Source: an uncultured delta proteobacterium (GTDB lineage Bacteria; Myxococcota_A; Polyangia; Haliangiales; Haliangiaceae). Taken from it: a stretch of DNA of 64,000 bases. The notes beneath the pieces are model-generated. The model had not been told where the DNA came from, searched no databases, and saw only the letters and a list, made by a program, of their open reading frames with translations. Made by a program: the position numbers and the translations under genes. Below are positions 1-15,122 of the stretch, piece after piece; the first letter of the stretch is position 1; the number at the start of each line of letters is the position of its first letter. Where the stretch lies: positions 96,001 to 160,000 of the forward strand of contig CAVUQH010000005.1 of assembly GCA_963743525.1 (NCBI GenBank), in the 5' to 3' direction.

Positions 1-393
<393 letters not shown>

Positions 394-479
394 GTCGTCA
401 TCCACATCTTTCGAGACACCAGCGGCGGCGCGTAGGTTTCCGCGCGGCCGCATTCCCGGCGCAAAGTTCGCCTCTGCGC

Positions 480-2682
480 TCAGTCCATCGGGTGCGGCTT
501 GATCTTCTGGAAGTACCGCTTGACGTAGTACTTGTAGCCGCTGGGCACCTTCTCGGTCTGCATCACCTCTTCGACGATCGCCTTGTAGGCGGCGTAGACC
601 TGCTGGTACGAGCGGGTCGCGAAGCCCTTTTGCGCCGCCGACAGAATGGTCTCGCGCTTGGACGGCCCGCGGCCCTGCTGGCCCGACACCGACTCGTCCT
701 TGGTGTGGCCGCCCTTGGCCGTCGGATCGCCCATCAGGTTGGGATCGTGGTCGTCGCCCCACTGGTCGCCACCCGGCTTCTGGCCCTTGCCACCCGGCTT
801 CTGCCCGTTCTGGCCCAGGCCCTTGCCGGTTTGACCCGGTTTCCACGCGCCCCGTTGCCCCTGCTGGCCGCGGGCGCGGCGGCCGAAGTCGCGGTTCTTG
901 CGGTTCTTGCCGAACAGATCCTTGGGCCCGCGGCTGCCCTGGCGCTTGGCCCGGCGCATCGCCTCGCGCAGGTCGGTCAGCTGCGAGGCGACCTTCTTCT
1001 GCGTCTTGATCTTGCGCTTGTCAGAATCGACCTTGCCGGTGTTGCGGGCCATGTCGCGCATGCGCTGCGACGCCTGCCGCTGCTGCTTCTGCTCGTTGCT
1101 GCGCATGTCCTTGGCCGCCTGTTTCATGTTGCGCTGTAGCTGCTTGAGCTGGCGCTGCGACGCGGACTTCTGCTGCTGTTCCTTCTTGCGCTGCAGCTTC
1201 TGCAGCTCGCGCTTGTGCTGCTCGAGCCGGCGCGACAGCTTCTGTCGCTGCTCCGGGTTCTTCTCTTGATCCAGCTTGCGGCGCAGCTTCTTCATCGCCT
1301 GCTGCTGCTTCTGGATCTCCTTGTCAACATCCTGCTCGCGCTTTTGCATGCGCTTCTGCAGCTTGTCGGACGCCTTCTCCAGCGCCTTGGCCAGCTGCTT
1401 GCGCTGGTTCTCGGGCATGTCGCCCGTCTCCAGCTTCTTGGCCAGCTCCTCCATCTGCTTCTGCGCCTGCTCGAGGTCGCCCTTCTCCAGCGACTTGCCC
1501 AGCTCCTTGGTCATGGGGTTCTGCTTCAGCTCTTTGCCCATGTCCTGGAGGTCGGCCAGCGACTCTTCCATGTGGTTGTCGGCGTTCTCCTGGTACTTCT
1601 CCTCGGCCTTGCGCATGGCCTCCAGGAGCTCTTCCTTGCTGATCTCGCCCTTCTTGGCCTTGGCCAGGATGTCGTTCACCTCTTTGACGAACTCCATCAG
1701 GCTCTGGTCGTGGTCCTTTTCGGCGGTCCGCTCGAGATCGTCGAGCAGGTCGCTGATGTAGTTGAACGTCGTCGCTGTCCATGTCGACCGGGTCTTCGAG
1801 GATCCGGGTCTTGATGTCGATGTCGAGGCTGCACTCCTTGTCGGTGCAGTGGAGCACGTGGTTGGGCCCGTCACCCTTGGCTCGGGGCAGGATGCTGAAC
1901 GCCGGGATCACCGGACCCGTGGCACACGGCATGGTGTGGTCGGGCAGATCGCACAGCTCCGGGTTGGGCTCGTAGGTGACGCGGAACGGGCCGCGGTGGA
2001 GCTCCTGCTTCCACTCGAAGGCGCCGCTCTGGCCCAGCTCGATGCGGGTCGTGGTGTTGGTGAAGGTGTTCTCGAACAGCAGCGTGCCGCGCATCGCCTG
2101 CTCGTCGGGCAGCTGCTTGCCGTCCAGGGTGACGTGGCCGCCCGTGGGCAGGAAACGCAGCTCGTCGTCGTGCGGCCACCAGAGCAGGGCCACCACCAGG
2201 GCGACGGCGCCGAACGCGACCGCGGCGCGGGTGTCGGTGGGGACGCGGAACGGCGTGGCCGCGGCGACGTCGGCGCGCTGAACGGCGAGGGTGCCGTCGC
2301 GCACCGCCGCCTCCATCATCGCGCGGGTCTCGGGATCGTGAGTGATCGGGCTGTCCGCGGCCAGCAGGCGCTCGAACTCGTAGGCGGTGCCCAGGCAATC
2401 CGACAGCCCCGAGGCCCGGTCAACGCGGGTGGCCACCAGGGCCGCGCGGAAGCGGCGGGCGCCGCCGAGGATTGCGCCCAAGAGGATTACCCCGCCGGAA
2501 GCCGCGAGGAGCGCGATCCCGGTCCCCTCGCTGATCCAGCGCATCCGGACCACGAAGACCACGGTCATGGCGGCGGCGAACGCCGCCACTGCCGCCAGAG
2601 TCGCTGCCTCCAGGGCCGCTTGCACCTTGAGGCGCCGCCGGGCCCGAGCGATTGTGGAGTGAATTCCGGAGGTGTCGATCAT
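480..2682 (-). CDS. MoxR-associated membrane protein with long coiled coil (DUF4175-like); split by a frameshift near 1765
   Basis: N-terminal TM helices in ORF 1324..2757 (MIDTSG...) join the K/E/Q-rich coiled coil of ORF 480..1874, which ends VPSGYKYYVKRYF. Frame switch at GTTGAAC 1761-1767. Confidence 0.7.
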
Positions 2683-2925
2683 GTAGGAGGCCTCGCTACA
2701 TGAGCGAGCCGCGGGGGTATGAACGAGTGTAGCAAACTTATCGAACGCGCCAGCCAAGCTGCAGATCTACGCGTTTCCCCCACAACGGGGGGCCAGGCGC
2801 GTTGATTCCCGCGGGCGATCGCCTCCTCTATCGGCGCGGCGATGCAGTCGGTTGCGCCCGAAACGCAGGCAGCCGCGCCCGGGGTGGGGCGCGGCTGTTG
2901 CCAGGGGGGAGAGCTGGCGATCCGG

Positions 2926-3423
2926 CTAGTCGCAGCTGTCGAAGATCCAGTGGTCGCAGACGCAGACGCCGCTGCTGTCGCAGGTGCAGTCGACGCCCTG
3001 GTAGAGGGCATTGCAGCCGGGGGTGACCACGCAGATGGCTTCGTTGGTGATGTCGCTGCAGCGGAACGCCGGGCCGGCGTCCGAGGGCGGCCAGCTGCCG
3101 GCGTCGGGGAAGGGCCCGGGACCTCCGTCGCTCGGGGGCCAGATGCCGGCGTCGGGGAAGGGCGCAGAGCCTCCGTCGCGCGGGGGCCAGCTGCCGGCGT
3201 CGGGGAAGGGCGCAGAGCCTCCGTCGCGCGGGGGCCAGCTGCCGGCGTCGGGGAATAGGGCCGAGCCGCCGTCGACGCCCCAGTTCCAGCCGGCGTCGGG
3301 AACCTCTGGCGGCCACGGCTCGCCACCACTGCCACCGCCGTCTTCGTAGATGGTGCAAGCGGTGAGGGCGAAGGCCAGGAGCGAGACAGACAGGAGACCA
3401 GGGAGGAAGGTGCGGGGAGTCAT
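2926..3423 (-). CDS. Lipoprotein with 16-aa tandem repeats and a Cys-rich C-terminus
   Basis: Lipobox LLAFALTA-C; repeats DGGSAPFPDAGSWPPR; tail CSDIT..C..PGC..CTC..CVC..C. Confidence 0.75.
   Translation of the reverse strand: MTPRTFLPGLLSVSLLAFALTACTIYEDGGGSGGEPWPPEVPDAGWNWGVDGGSALFPDAGSWPPRDGGSAPFPDAGSWPPRDGGSAPFPDAGIWPPSDGGPGPFPDAGSWPPSDAGPAFRCSDITNEAICVVTPGCNALYQGVDCTCDSSGVCVCDHWIFDSCD
3085..3275. repeat. 48-bp coding tandem repeat, about 4 copies
   Basis: CCAG(C/A)TGCCGGCGTCGGGGAA recurs at 3091, 3139, 3187 and 3235. Confidence 0.9.
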
Positions 3424-3465
3424 CACCCGGTAGTGCCCCGACGGGCGCAGAGTGATCACTGACGA

Positions 3466-3677
3466 CTACGGCGCGTCGCTGGCGGGCTGGGCGTCGGGCA
3501 CGACCAGGCCGGTGTCGGGGAGGCCGCCGCCGTCGAGCGGGGGCGCAATGTCAGCGTCGGGGACCGGGGCTGTGCCGCCGTCGGTGGCGCCGAGAGGCCC
3601 GAGCTCGACGTCGACGGTGCAGGCGAGGACGCTCGTGGCAACCAGTAGCGCGGCGACGATGGCGACGAGCAGGGCCT

Positions 3678-3681
<4 letters not shown>
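3466..3681 (-). CDS. Small lipoprotein (about 71 aa)
   Basis: GTG overlaps the upstream stop (GTGA): VKALLVAIVAALLVATSVLA-C TVDVELG...DGG/PDA motifs. Confidence 0.65.
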
Positions 3682-4474
<793 letters not shown>

Positions 4475-4478
<4 letters not shown>

Positions 4479-5092
4479 TGCTGCCCTCCCTCGCGCTCGG
4501 ACCACAGGGAAACGAACTTCTCCCGCGCCAGCCGGCGGCGCGAGCGCACGGTGTTGACCGGCACGCCGAGGATCGCGGCGGCCTCCGACGGCGCCAGCTC
4601 CTCGACGTCGCACAGGACCAGGACGTCGCGGAGCTTGGGGCTCATCTGCTCGAGCACGGCGCGGGCTGCGGCCGCTTCTTCGGCCGCGGCGGTCTGTCGC
4701 TCGGGCGTGGCCACCGGGGCGCGGGCCGCGCGGTCGGTCTCGCGCAGCAGCCAGCGCTTGGCCTGGCGCACCTTGCGCCAGCGGCGGTGCGAGGCGACCA
4801 CGCGGACGGCGATGCCGCGCAGCCACGCGCCGGGGTCGCGCAGCTCACCGGCGTGGGGCAGGCGGCGGATGGCGATGACGAAGGTGCGCTGAACCAGGTC
4901 CTCGGCCTCGCCCGGATCGACGCCGTAGCGGACGACCAGGCGGTAGACGCGGCGGTGCTGGGTTTCGAACAGCTGCCGCCAGGCGCGTTCGCGCTCCGCC
5001 CGGTCGCCGGCGGACAGGGCCGCTATCGACTCGCCGGGCATCTCCGTGGCGGCGTACCTCACCTCTCTGGTAGTGCCCCGTCCCGCCGCCAT
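4475..5092 (-). CDS. ECF RNA polymerase sigma factor
   Basis: Region 2 AEDLVQRTF...AWLRGIA; region 4 RDVLVLCDVEELAPSEAAAILGVPVNTVRSRRRLAR. Start may be at 5041. Confidence 0.93.
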
Positions 5093-5095
5093 CGA

Positions 5096-6076
5096 TCACC
5101 AGTCCGTGTCGATTTGTACGCCCAGGTTCGCCGACAGGCTGGCCCGGGCCGAGGTCGCCACCAGGTCGCCCTGATAGAGGTAGCGGTCGGTGACCGGGTA
5201 GAGGTTGCCGGCCAGCTCCAGGCGCAGCGCCACCCGGCGGGCGACAGACACCCCGCCGACCAGCGAGCCGCTCACCGCCGGCTGGGTGCGCACCACGGTC
5301 GGCATGGTCGCCAGGCCGTCGCCGTGAATGGTGGTGGCCACCAGCGCGGCGCCGGCGCCAGGTCGCAGCCAGGCGCTGCGGCGGCGCAGCTCGGTGAACA
5401 GCTCGAGGCGCGCCGACAGCGACGACCACTGGATCGGTGTGCCGGTGTCGAAGCCGCCGGTGCGAGCGACCGACAGGCGAACGCCGTGGCCGCGGCGGTT
5501 GGCCACGGCGACGCCGGCGCCGAGGCCGCTGGCCGCCGACGGACCGACGCCGGTGTCGAGGCCGGCGGACAGCGACGCCGAGACCAGGTAGTCGGCGGGT
5601 GTGGCCGGCGGTGTCGTCGGCGCGGTTTGCGCGGGGCTCTCCGGTGGTGGCGGGCGCAGGCGCCGTGGCGGTCGCTGCTCCTCCGCAGGCGATGGCGCAG
5701 GCGATGGCGCAGGCGAGCGCGCAGGCGATCGCGCAGGCAGCTCGACAGTCGCCTCGGCCAGCCGCATCGACGCGATCACGGCGAAGGCATCGGCGATCGC
5801 GTCGCAGTCGGTGCTGGTCGTGGACCGCTGCGCCAGCGGCTCACCGCCGGCCTTCGACAGCGCCATCGCTGCGCCGCCGTTCGTGGCGCTGACGCGCAGG
5901 ACGAACCGCGCGGTCGCGTCGACCGCCAGTCCCTCGGCACCCAGGGCGCGCTCCATCGCGGCGCGATCCGGACAACTGCCGTCGACCTCGAGCGCGACCG
6001 CCTTCGGTTGCGCGGCGGCAGCGCCACCGGTCGCCGCCAGCAGCGCGAGCGCAACCAGCGGGCGGGGGGCAGCCAT
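5096..6076 (-). CDS. Exported protein, probably outer membrane (signal peptide, Pro-rich linker, beta-strand-rich C-terminus)
   Basis: Signal peptide MAAPRPLVALALLAATGGAAAA; alternating-hydrophobic strands; ends in aromatic W; directly upstream of the sigma gene. Confidence 0.65.
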   Translation of the reverse strand: MAAPRPLVALALLAATGGAAAAQPKAVALEVDGSCPDRAAMERALGAEGLAVDATARFVLRVSATNGGAAMALSKAGGEPLAQRSTTSTDCDAIADAFAVIASMRLAEATVELPARSPARSPAPSPAPSPAEEQRPPRRLRPPPPESPAQTAPTTPPATPADYLVSASLSAGLDTGVGPSAASGLGAGVAVANRRGHGVRLSVARTGGFDTGTPIQWSSLSARLELFTELRRRSAWLRPGAGAALVATTIHGDGLATMPTVVRTQPAVSGSLVGGVSVARRVALRLELAGNLYPVTDRYLYQGDLVATSARASLSANLGVQIDTDW

Positions 6077-6085
6077 GCCCGTACT

Positions 6086-8907
<2,822 letters not shown>

Positions 8908-8983
8908 GACCGACGCAGGCTAGACCAGGGATGCCCCCCTCGCAAGAGGGATTCCGCACACATGGGGTGGGATCGGCGCCACC

Positions 8984-9039
8984 GCGGCCGCTCGGGGTGG
9001 GGTTCCCGTTTGGGTGTGAACCCCACCCCGAGCGGCCGC
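8984..9039. repeat. Perfect 22-bp inverted repeat (hairpin, 12-nt loop)
   Basis: GCGGCCGCTCGGGGTGGGGTTC (8984-9005) / GAACCCCACCCCGAGCGGCCGC (9018-9039). Confidence 0.95.
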
Positions 9040-9092
9040 TATGGCGGGGGCCCGGGGGGGCGTGGTGTCCTTGGTCTACGGGAGAGCGATGT

Positions 9093-9347
<255 letters not shown>

Positions 9348-9684
9348 TCATGTGAATCGGTGCACCTGGTCTTGGTCGTGCTGAGCGCGGTGAGCGCGCT
9401 TGCCGCGCTCACCGTTGTCGAAGCGCACGCCACGTGCGGCGTGGAGATCCTTTTCGGCGGACGTGTCGTTCAATTTTTCTTTCACCTTTTTCGATCGCGG
9501 CTTGACCGGGTTTCGGCGCAAACCGACAACCGGCTCGCGATCGATCGGCAGCGCGGCTCGGTTGCGACGTGCGCGGTTGGTGCGCGGCGCGGGTCGAATT
9601 TTGTCTCGGCGGGTCGAGTTCTCGGCGCAGCGGGGCGCTCCGCGGCTGATCCGAGCGGCCGGAAAACGCGTGCTACGAAGGTGT

Positions 9685-10865
9685 ATGGGCGAGGTGACGT
9701 TGGGGATTGGCGATATTCATCGGCAGCTTCGCGCGCTGGGGCGCGACCGTGCGGAGCTCGATGCGGCGGAGGCGCACTACCTTCGCGCCGGGCATGCGGT
9801 GCGGATCTGGGAGGCGTATGGCTTTGCCAGCTATGCGGCGTATTTGGAAGGCGTGCTCGGGTATGGGCGCAAGACGGCGCGCGAGCGGATCCGCATGGCG
9901 CTGGCGTTGGCGGAGCTGCCGGCGATGGCGGAGGCGCTGGCCGATGGCGAGATCGCGTGGACGCATGTGCGCGAGCTGTCGCGGGTGGCGACGGGTGATA
10001 CCGAGAACGACTGGCTGGTTGCCGCTCGCGGGCAGAGCGCGCGCGAGGTGGCCGAGATGGTCGCCGGGCTGGCGCGGGGTGATCGGCCGGGGACGATCGC
10101 GGATCGCAGCGAGCTTTTGCGGACGTTGGCGTTCGAGGTGTCGCCGGAGACGTACGCGATGGTGCGGGAGGCGATCCGGATCGCGCGGCAGTCGATATGT
10201 TCTTCGATGGGTTGGGCGATGGGTTGGGCGATGGGTTGGGCGATGGGTTGGGCGATGGGTTGGGCGATGGCTCGGGGGGCGGGCCGGTCGACGAGGATGC
10301 CGCGCTGGCGATGATCGCGCGGGGCTTTCTCGCCGCCGCGCGCGGTTCGGGCGCGGCGCGGGATGGGGACGGGAACGGGGATGCAGGCGGCGGGCGACCG
10401 GGCTATCAGGTCGCGGTGAGTCGCTGCGATGATTGCGCGCGCGTGTTCGTCGAGGCCGATGGCCGCAGCGTGCAGCTGGACGCTGCGACGGTCGCGGCGA
10501 TCGAGTGTGACCACACCCGCATTCCGGCGTCCCTCGAGGGCCGGGCGACGCAGTCGATTCCACCGTCGGTGCGGCGCGCGGTGGTTCGCGCCTTTCACCA
10601 CCGCTGTGCGGTGCCCGGCTGCGGCAACGCGACGTGGCTCGATGTGCACCACATCCGCCACCGAGCCCGCGGTGGCACGCACGCGCCGGGCAATCTGGTG
10701 CTGCTCTGCTCGACGCACCATCGGCGGGTCCACGACGGGCATCTGCAGGTGCACGGCGACGGCCAGCGTCTCCTCTTCCGCCACGGCGACGGCACGCCGT
10801 TTCGCAGCGGCCTCTTCTGGCGCTGGTCGGCGCCGACAGCGTCGGCTACCGGCTGCGGCCGGTGA
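9685..10865 (+). CDS. HNH endonuclease with N-terminal DUF222-like helical domain; frameshift near 10195
   Basis: N-terminal ...GFASYAAYLE...ALAELP...GEIAWTHVREL; C-terminal IPPSVRRAV..RCAVPGC....LDVHHI......GGTH..GNLVLLCSTHHRRVH. Confidence 0.85.
10205..10270. repeat. 12-bp tandem repeat x5.5 (CGATGGGTTGGG; encodes DGLG)
   Basis: Direct reading; lies next to the HNH frameshift. Confidence 0.95.
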
Positions 10866-12222
10866 AGCGGAAGCCGCGGATGAGCAGGTGCGGCATCGTC
10901 AGCACCCCGCCGTCGCTCCACCAGGTCGGCACGTTTTCGCAGGTCGCGCCGATTCCGCCGATGCGCGACAGCGCTTCGAGCATGTGTTCGGTGAAGCGCA
11001 GGTTGCGGACGCCGCGGCCGAGCTTGCCGCCCTCGATCAGGAACGTCCCGTCGCGGGTCATGCCGGTGGTGGTGGCTTTGCGCGGATCCAACAGGCCGTT
11101 GACGTAGTGGAGGCGGGTGACCAGCAGGCCGCGGTCGACGGCGCCGATCAGCTGCTCCACGGTCGCGTCGCCGGGCTCCATCCACAGGTGGCGCACGCGC
11201 GCGCCCTCGCCGCCATCGTCGGTGACGGGCGGGGCGTGTCCGGTCGATCCGCGGTCGTCGCCCAGGCGCAGGGCGCTGATCCGATCGGTCACGACGTGGC
11301 CGCCGCGGCCCCGGTCGAGCATCACCACCTCGCGCCGGGTCGTGCCCTCGGCGTCGAACGGCGCCTCGTTGTCCGCGGCGCGTGCACGCAGGGTGACGCG
11401 CGGGTCGCACAGCTCGGTGCCTTCGCGACCGGCGAGCAGGCTGACGCCGTCGATGAGCGACGTGGCGCCGAAGCTGACCATCGACATCCACTCGAGCAGC
11501 TCGGCCACCGCGGCGGGTGCGAGCACGACGTCGTACGGCCCGGGCTCGACGTTGACCGGGTCGGCGGCGCGGCGCGCCTTGTCGGCAGCGGACGCCGCCA
11601 CCGCGGCCAGATCGAGGTCGCGGTCGGCGGGGCCGAAGTTGCCGGCGTAGCCGGAGGCGCGGCCGGGCTCGATGGCGATCATCTGCACGTCGGAGGTGGT
11701 CTCGCTGAAGCGGCGGTCGAGGCCGGCGGCGGTGCGCACGGCCATCGTCTGCCGGTGCGACTTCATGGCGCCGGCGAAGGTCACGCCCGCGGCTCGGTGC
11801 GGGGCGAACGCCTCGCTCAGCCGCGCGGGCGCGTGTGCCGCGGTGACCGCTTCGGGCAGCTCGATCTCGGCAACCTCGCCGGCGTTGCTGGCGCCGTCGG
11901 CGGCGGCGAACGTCAGCGCCACGTCGAGGGGCGGCGCCAGGCGCGCGACCTCGACGGCGGCGCGGGCGGCTTCGCGGGCGGCGTCGGGCTCGAGCGACGC
12001 GCACAGCTGTGCGCCCAGGCGGGCGGCGCCGTCGTGCTCGACGATCACGCGCACGCGCAGGGCGTCGTCGATGGTCCGGCCGACCTGGGTGAAGCGCGAG
12101 CTGGCGAAGCGGACGAAGTGGGTCTCGGCGCCCTGGTAGCTGGCTTCGGCGTCGACGGCGCCGGCCTCTTTTGCGGCGGTGATGGCGACGTCGAGGGCGT
12201 GGTTCAAGCGATCGGCAGTCAT
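10846..12222 (-). CDS. tldE: TldE/PmbA family protein
   Basis: MTADRL...; FDAEG, GLLVTRLHYVN, TGMTRDG..LIEGG, NLRF; ATGA overlap with tldD; no HExxGH. Confidence 0.88.
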   Translation of the reverse strand: MTADRLNHALDVAITAAKEAGAVDAEASYQGAETHFVRFASSRFTQVGRTIDDALRVRVIVEHDGAARLGAQLCASLEPDAAREAARAAVEVARLAPPLDVALTFAAADGASNAGEVAEIELPEAVTAAHAPARLSEAFAPHRAAGVTFAGAMKSHRQTMAVRTAAGLDRRFSETTSDVQMIAIEPGRASGYAGNFGPADRDLDLAAVAASAADKARRAADPVNVEPGPYDVVLAPAAVAELLEWMSMVSFGATSLIDGVSLLAGREGTELCDPRVTLRARAADNEAPFDAEGTTRREVVMLDRGRGGHVVTDRISALRLGDDRGSTGHAPPVTDDGGEGARVRHLWMEPGDATVEQLIGAVDRGLLVTRLHYVNGLLDPRKATTTGMTRDGTFLIEGGKLGRGVRNLRFTEHMLEALSRIGGIGATCENVPTWWSDGGVLTMPHLLIRGFRFTGRSR

Positions 12223-13706
12223 CGGGACGACCCCACTTCCACGCCGCGGAAGCGCGATGGCGCGCAGCCGTGGGCGACGCCCATCGACTGTACCGGGTCG
12301 CCCTTGCCGCACGAGGCCAGGCCCCAGATGCGCCAGGCGTCGGCGTTGCCGACCGCGTCGCAGCTGCCCCAGAAGCGGGGCGTCGATCCGGTGTACAGCG
12401 GGCTGCGCAGGATGCGGCCCAGCTTGCCGTTCTCGATCTCCCAGGCGGCCTCGCAGCCGAACTGGAAGTTGAGGCGCAGGTCGTCGATCGACCAGCTGGT
12501 GTTCTGGGTCATGAGGATGCCCCGGTCGGTGTCGGCGATCAGCGCCTCGAGCGAGCCGGGCCCATCCGGGTCGGGCTCGAGGGAGACGTTGATCATGCGG
12601 ATGATCGGCGGGCGGCTCCACGACTCGGCGCGCATGCAGCCGGCCGAGCGGCCGAGGCCGAGCGCCGCCGCGGTCTCGCGCGACGACAGGTAGCCGACGA
12701 AGGTGCCGCGGGCGACCAGCTGCGTCCGCCGTGCCGGCACGCCCTCGTCGTCCCAGCCAAACGTTCCCATGCCGCGCGGCGCCAGCGAGTCGGCGACCAT
12801 GTTGACCTTGGTTGACCCGTAGCGGAGGTGGCCCAGCTTGTCCGGCGTCATGAAGCTGGCGCCGGCCAGCGAGATTTCGTCGCCCATGGCCCGGTCGCTC
12901 TCGGTCGGGTGACCGCACGACTCGTGGATCTGCAGCGCCAGCTGCGGGGTGTCGAGAATCAGCGTGGTCTCGCCGGCGGGGCAGGGCGGCGCCGACAAGA
13001 GCGCCAGCACTTCTTCGCGCATGCGCCGGGCGTTGTCTTCCAGCGCCAGCTCGCCGACGATCTCGTAGCCGCAGCCGCCGAGGCCACCGTCGAAGTCCAT
13101 CGGCCAGGTGCGCTGTACCGAGCCGACGTCGTCGGCGGCGACGATCTTGATGCCGGCGCCGCCGAACACCAGGGTCTGCTCGACCAGGCTGCCCTCGGTC
13201 AACGCGAACAGCTTGTGCGTGCGGTGCCAGCGCTGCTGCCCGGTCACCGAGGTGATCGCCGGGTGCTCGCCGTCGCCGTCACCGGTGCGCAGGATCTCCA
13301 TGGCCCGCTCGAGGTCGGCGATGCGCTGGTCGGCGGGGACGGTGAACGGATCGATCTCCACCGGCGTCGACCAGTGGCCGTGCTGCGGTTCTTCCTCCGC
13401 CATCGGCGCGCGCTCGGTCTGCGCCGCGGCCACGCCGGCGGCGATCTCGGCGGCCAGTCGCGCGGCCGCCTCGGCGTTGGCGACGCTGGGATCGGGCGCC
13501 GCGGCAAAGCCCCAGGCGCCGTTGCGCAGGACCCGCACGCCCAGGCCGCTGGAGGTGGTCCGCGTGAGCTGCTCGACCTCGCGGTTGCGCAGGCTCAGGC
13601 GTTCGCGCTCCTCGTCGGCGACGCGGACGTCGGCGTAATCCACGCCGGGGATGCCGCGGACGGCGTCCAGGGCGGCGCGGGCGATGTCTGCTCTGTCGTC
13701 TGCCAC
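12219..13706 (-). CDS. tldD: TldD family metalloprotease
   Basis: YADVR, GLGVRV..NGAWGFA, HESCGHPTE, DDEGVPA, CGKGDP. Confidence 0.93.
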   Translation of the reverse strand: MADDRADIARAALDAVRGIPGVDYADVRVADEERERLSLRNREVEQLTRTTSSGLGVRVLRNGAWGFAAAPDPSVANAEAAARLAAEIAAGVAAAQTERAPMAEEEPQHGHWSTPVEIDPFTVPADQRIADLERAMEILRTGDGDGEHPAITSVTGQQRWHRTHKLFALTEGSLVEQTLVFGGAGIKIVAADDVGSVQRTWPMDFDGGLGGCGYEIVGELALEDNARRMREEVLALLSAPPCPAGETTLILDTPQLALQIHESCGHPTESDRAMGDEISLAGASFMTPDKLGHLRYGSTKVNMVADSLAPRGMGTFGWDDEGVPARRTQLVARGTFVGYLSSRETAAALGLGRSAGCMRAESWSRPPIIRMINVSLEPDPDGPGSLEALIADTDRGILMTQNTSWSIDDLRLNFQFGCEAAWEIENGKLGRILRSPLYTGSTPRFWGSCDAVGNADAWRIWGLASCGKGDPVQSMGVAHGCAPSRFRGVEVGSSR

Positions 13707-13720
13707 GGCGCGGAGAATAG

Positions 13721-13806
13721 ACGCAAACGCCTCGGGCGGGAGGCGAATTTCGCCGCCCTTCGCTGGTGAGGGCGGACGAAATTCGCTCCTCGCCAGGCGT
13801 TTGCGT
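13721..13806. repeat. Long imperfect inverted repeat in a divergent intergenic region
   Basis: ACGCAAACGCCT/AGGCGTTTGCGT, GCGAATTTCG/CGAAATTCGC and CCGCCCT/AGGGCGG nest into one stem. Confidence 0.85.
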
Positions 13807-13832
13807 TTCGTCTGGGCATTGTTGCTTCCGCG

Positions 13833-15122
13833 ATGACGCCTCCTTTCGAGGCGTCATCGCTCGGCTCGCCGCGTGGTACATTGCAGGCAGTGGCGAGGCA
13901 TCCGTCCCTTTCGATCGCCGCCGACGCGCTGCCGTATTCAATCTTTGCGCGCCTGTACGAGCGGCTGGCCACCTTTCAGGGTGATGTGGTGCCGTTCCAC
14001 ATCGGCGATACCTATCTCGATCCACCCGAGGCGTCGCGGCTCGGGGCGCTGGGATTCCGCACCGACAGCGAGCCGGAGCTGTACCGCTACGCGCCGCCGT
14101 CGGGCGACGGCGACCTGATCGACGCCCTGGTCAACAAGGTCCGGCGGCAGAACCGGATGACCTTTGCCGACGCCAGCTGCGTGCAGATCACCTGCGGCGC
14201 CACCCACGCGCTGTCGTGTTGCATGCGCGCAGTGCTCGATCCCGGCGACGAGATCCTGGTGCTGGCGCCGTACTGGCCGCTCATCCGCGGCATCGCCAAG
14301 TCGTGCTCGGTGCGTCCGGTCGAGGTGCCGTTCAGCGCCAGCGAGCTGGCACAGCCGGGCGTCAACCCGGAAGCGATCATCGAGCGCCACGTCAGCGGGC
14401 GGACCACGGCCATCTACGTGTGCAACCCGAACAACCCCGACGGCAAGGTGCTGTCGCACGCGCAGCTCGGCGCCATCGCCCGGGTCGCCGAGCGCCACCA
14501 CCTGTGGGTGCTGTCCGACGAGGTCTACGAGGACATCGTCTACGACGACCTCCAGCACACCAGCATCTCGACGCTGCCGGGCATGGCCGAGCGGACCATG
14601 ACCGCGTTCTCGTTCTCCAAGAGCTACGGCCAGGCCGGGCTGCGCGTCGGCTACGTGGTCGCGCCGGCGCCGACGGCGGCCGCCGTGCGCAAGATGGTCA
14701 ACCACACCGTCTACTGCGTGCCGCGCGCCGTGCAGCGGGCGGCGCTGGCGGCCATCACCCACGGCGCACCGCACCTCGAAGACGTGCGCACCCGCTACCA
14801 GAAGGCGCGCGACCTGGCGCTGGCGCGGGTGGTGCCGCCGTGCCCGACGCCGCGCGGCTGCACCTATCTGTTCCTCGACCTGTCGAAGTGGATGCGGCCG
14901 GGCGACGACTGCGCGCTGGTCGGCGCCGGCGGGCCCAGCGTGCTCGAGCGGATGGCCGAGGCTGGCCTGCTGCTGGCGCCGGGCATCGCGTTCGGCGCCA
15001 ACTATGGCAACTGGGCGCGGCTGTGCTTCTCGTCGGTGTCCGAAGAGCGGCTCGTCGAGGGCATCGATCGGCTCAACGGCGTCCTCGCGCGGATGGAAGC
15101 CGATGCCGACGCCGGCGCCTGA
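13833..15122 (+). CDS. PLP-dependent aminotransferase class I/II
   Basis: [26 protein letters not shown]. Start may be GTG 13890. Confidence 0.93.
   Translation: MTPPFEASSLGSPRGTLQAVARHPSLSIAADALPYSIFARLYERLATFQGDVVPFHIGDTYLDPPEASRLGALGFRTDSEPELYRYAPPSGDGDLIDALVNKVRRQNRMTFADASCVQITCGATHALSCCMRAVLDPGDEILVLAPYWPLIRGIAKSCSVRPVEVPFSASELAQPGVNPEAIIERHVSGRTTAIYVCNPNNPDGKVLSHAQLGAIARVAERHHLWVLSDEVYEDIVYDDLQHTSISTLPGMAERTMTAFSFSKSYGQAGLRVGYVVAPAPTAAAVRKMVNHTVYCVPRAVQRAALAAITHGAPHLEDVRTRYQKARDLALARVVPPCPTPRGCTYLFLDLSKWMRPGDDCALVGAGGPSVLERMAEAGLLLAPGIAFGANYGNWARLCFSSVSEERLVEGIDRLNGVLARMEADADAGA

Noticed and set aside
3085..3275. 48-bp periodic repeat as a CRISPR array
   Set aside because: No unique spacers, in-frame coding repeat, and no cas genes in the window.
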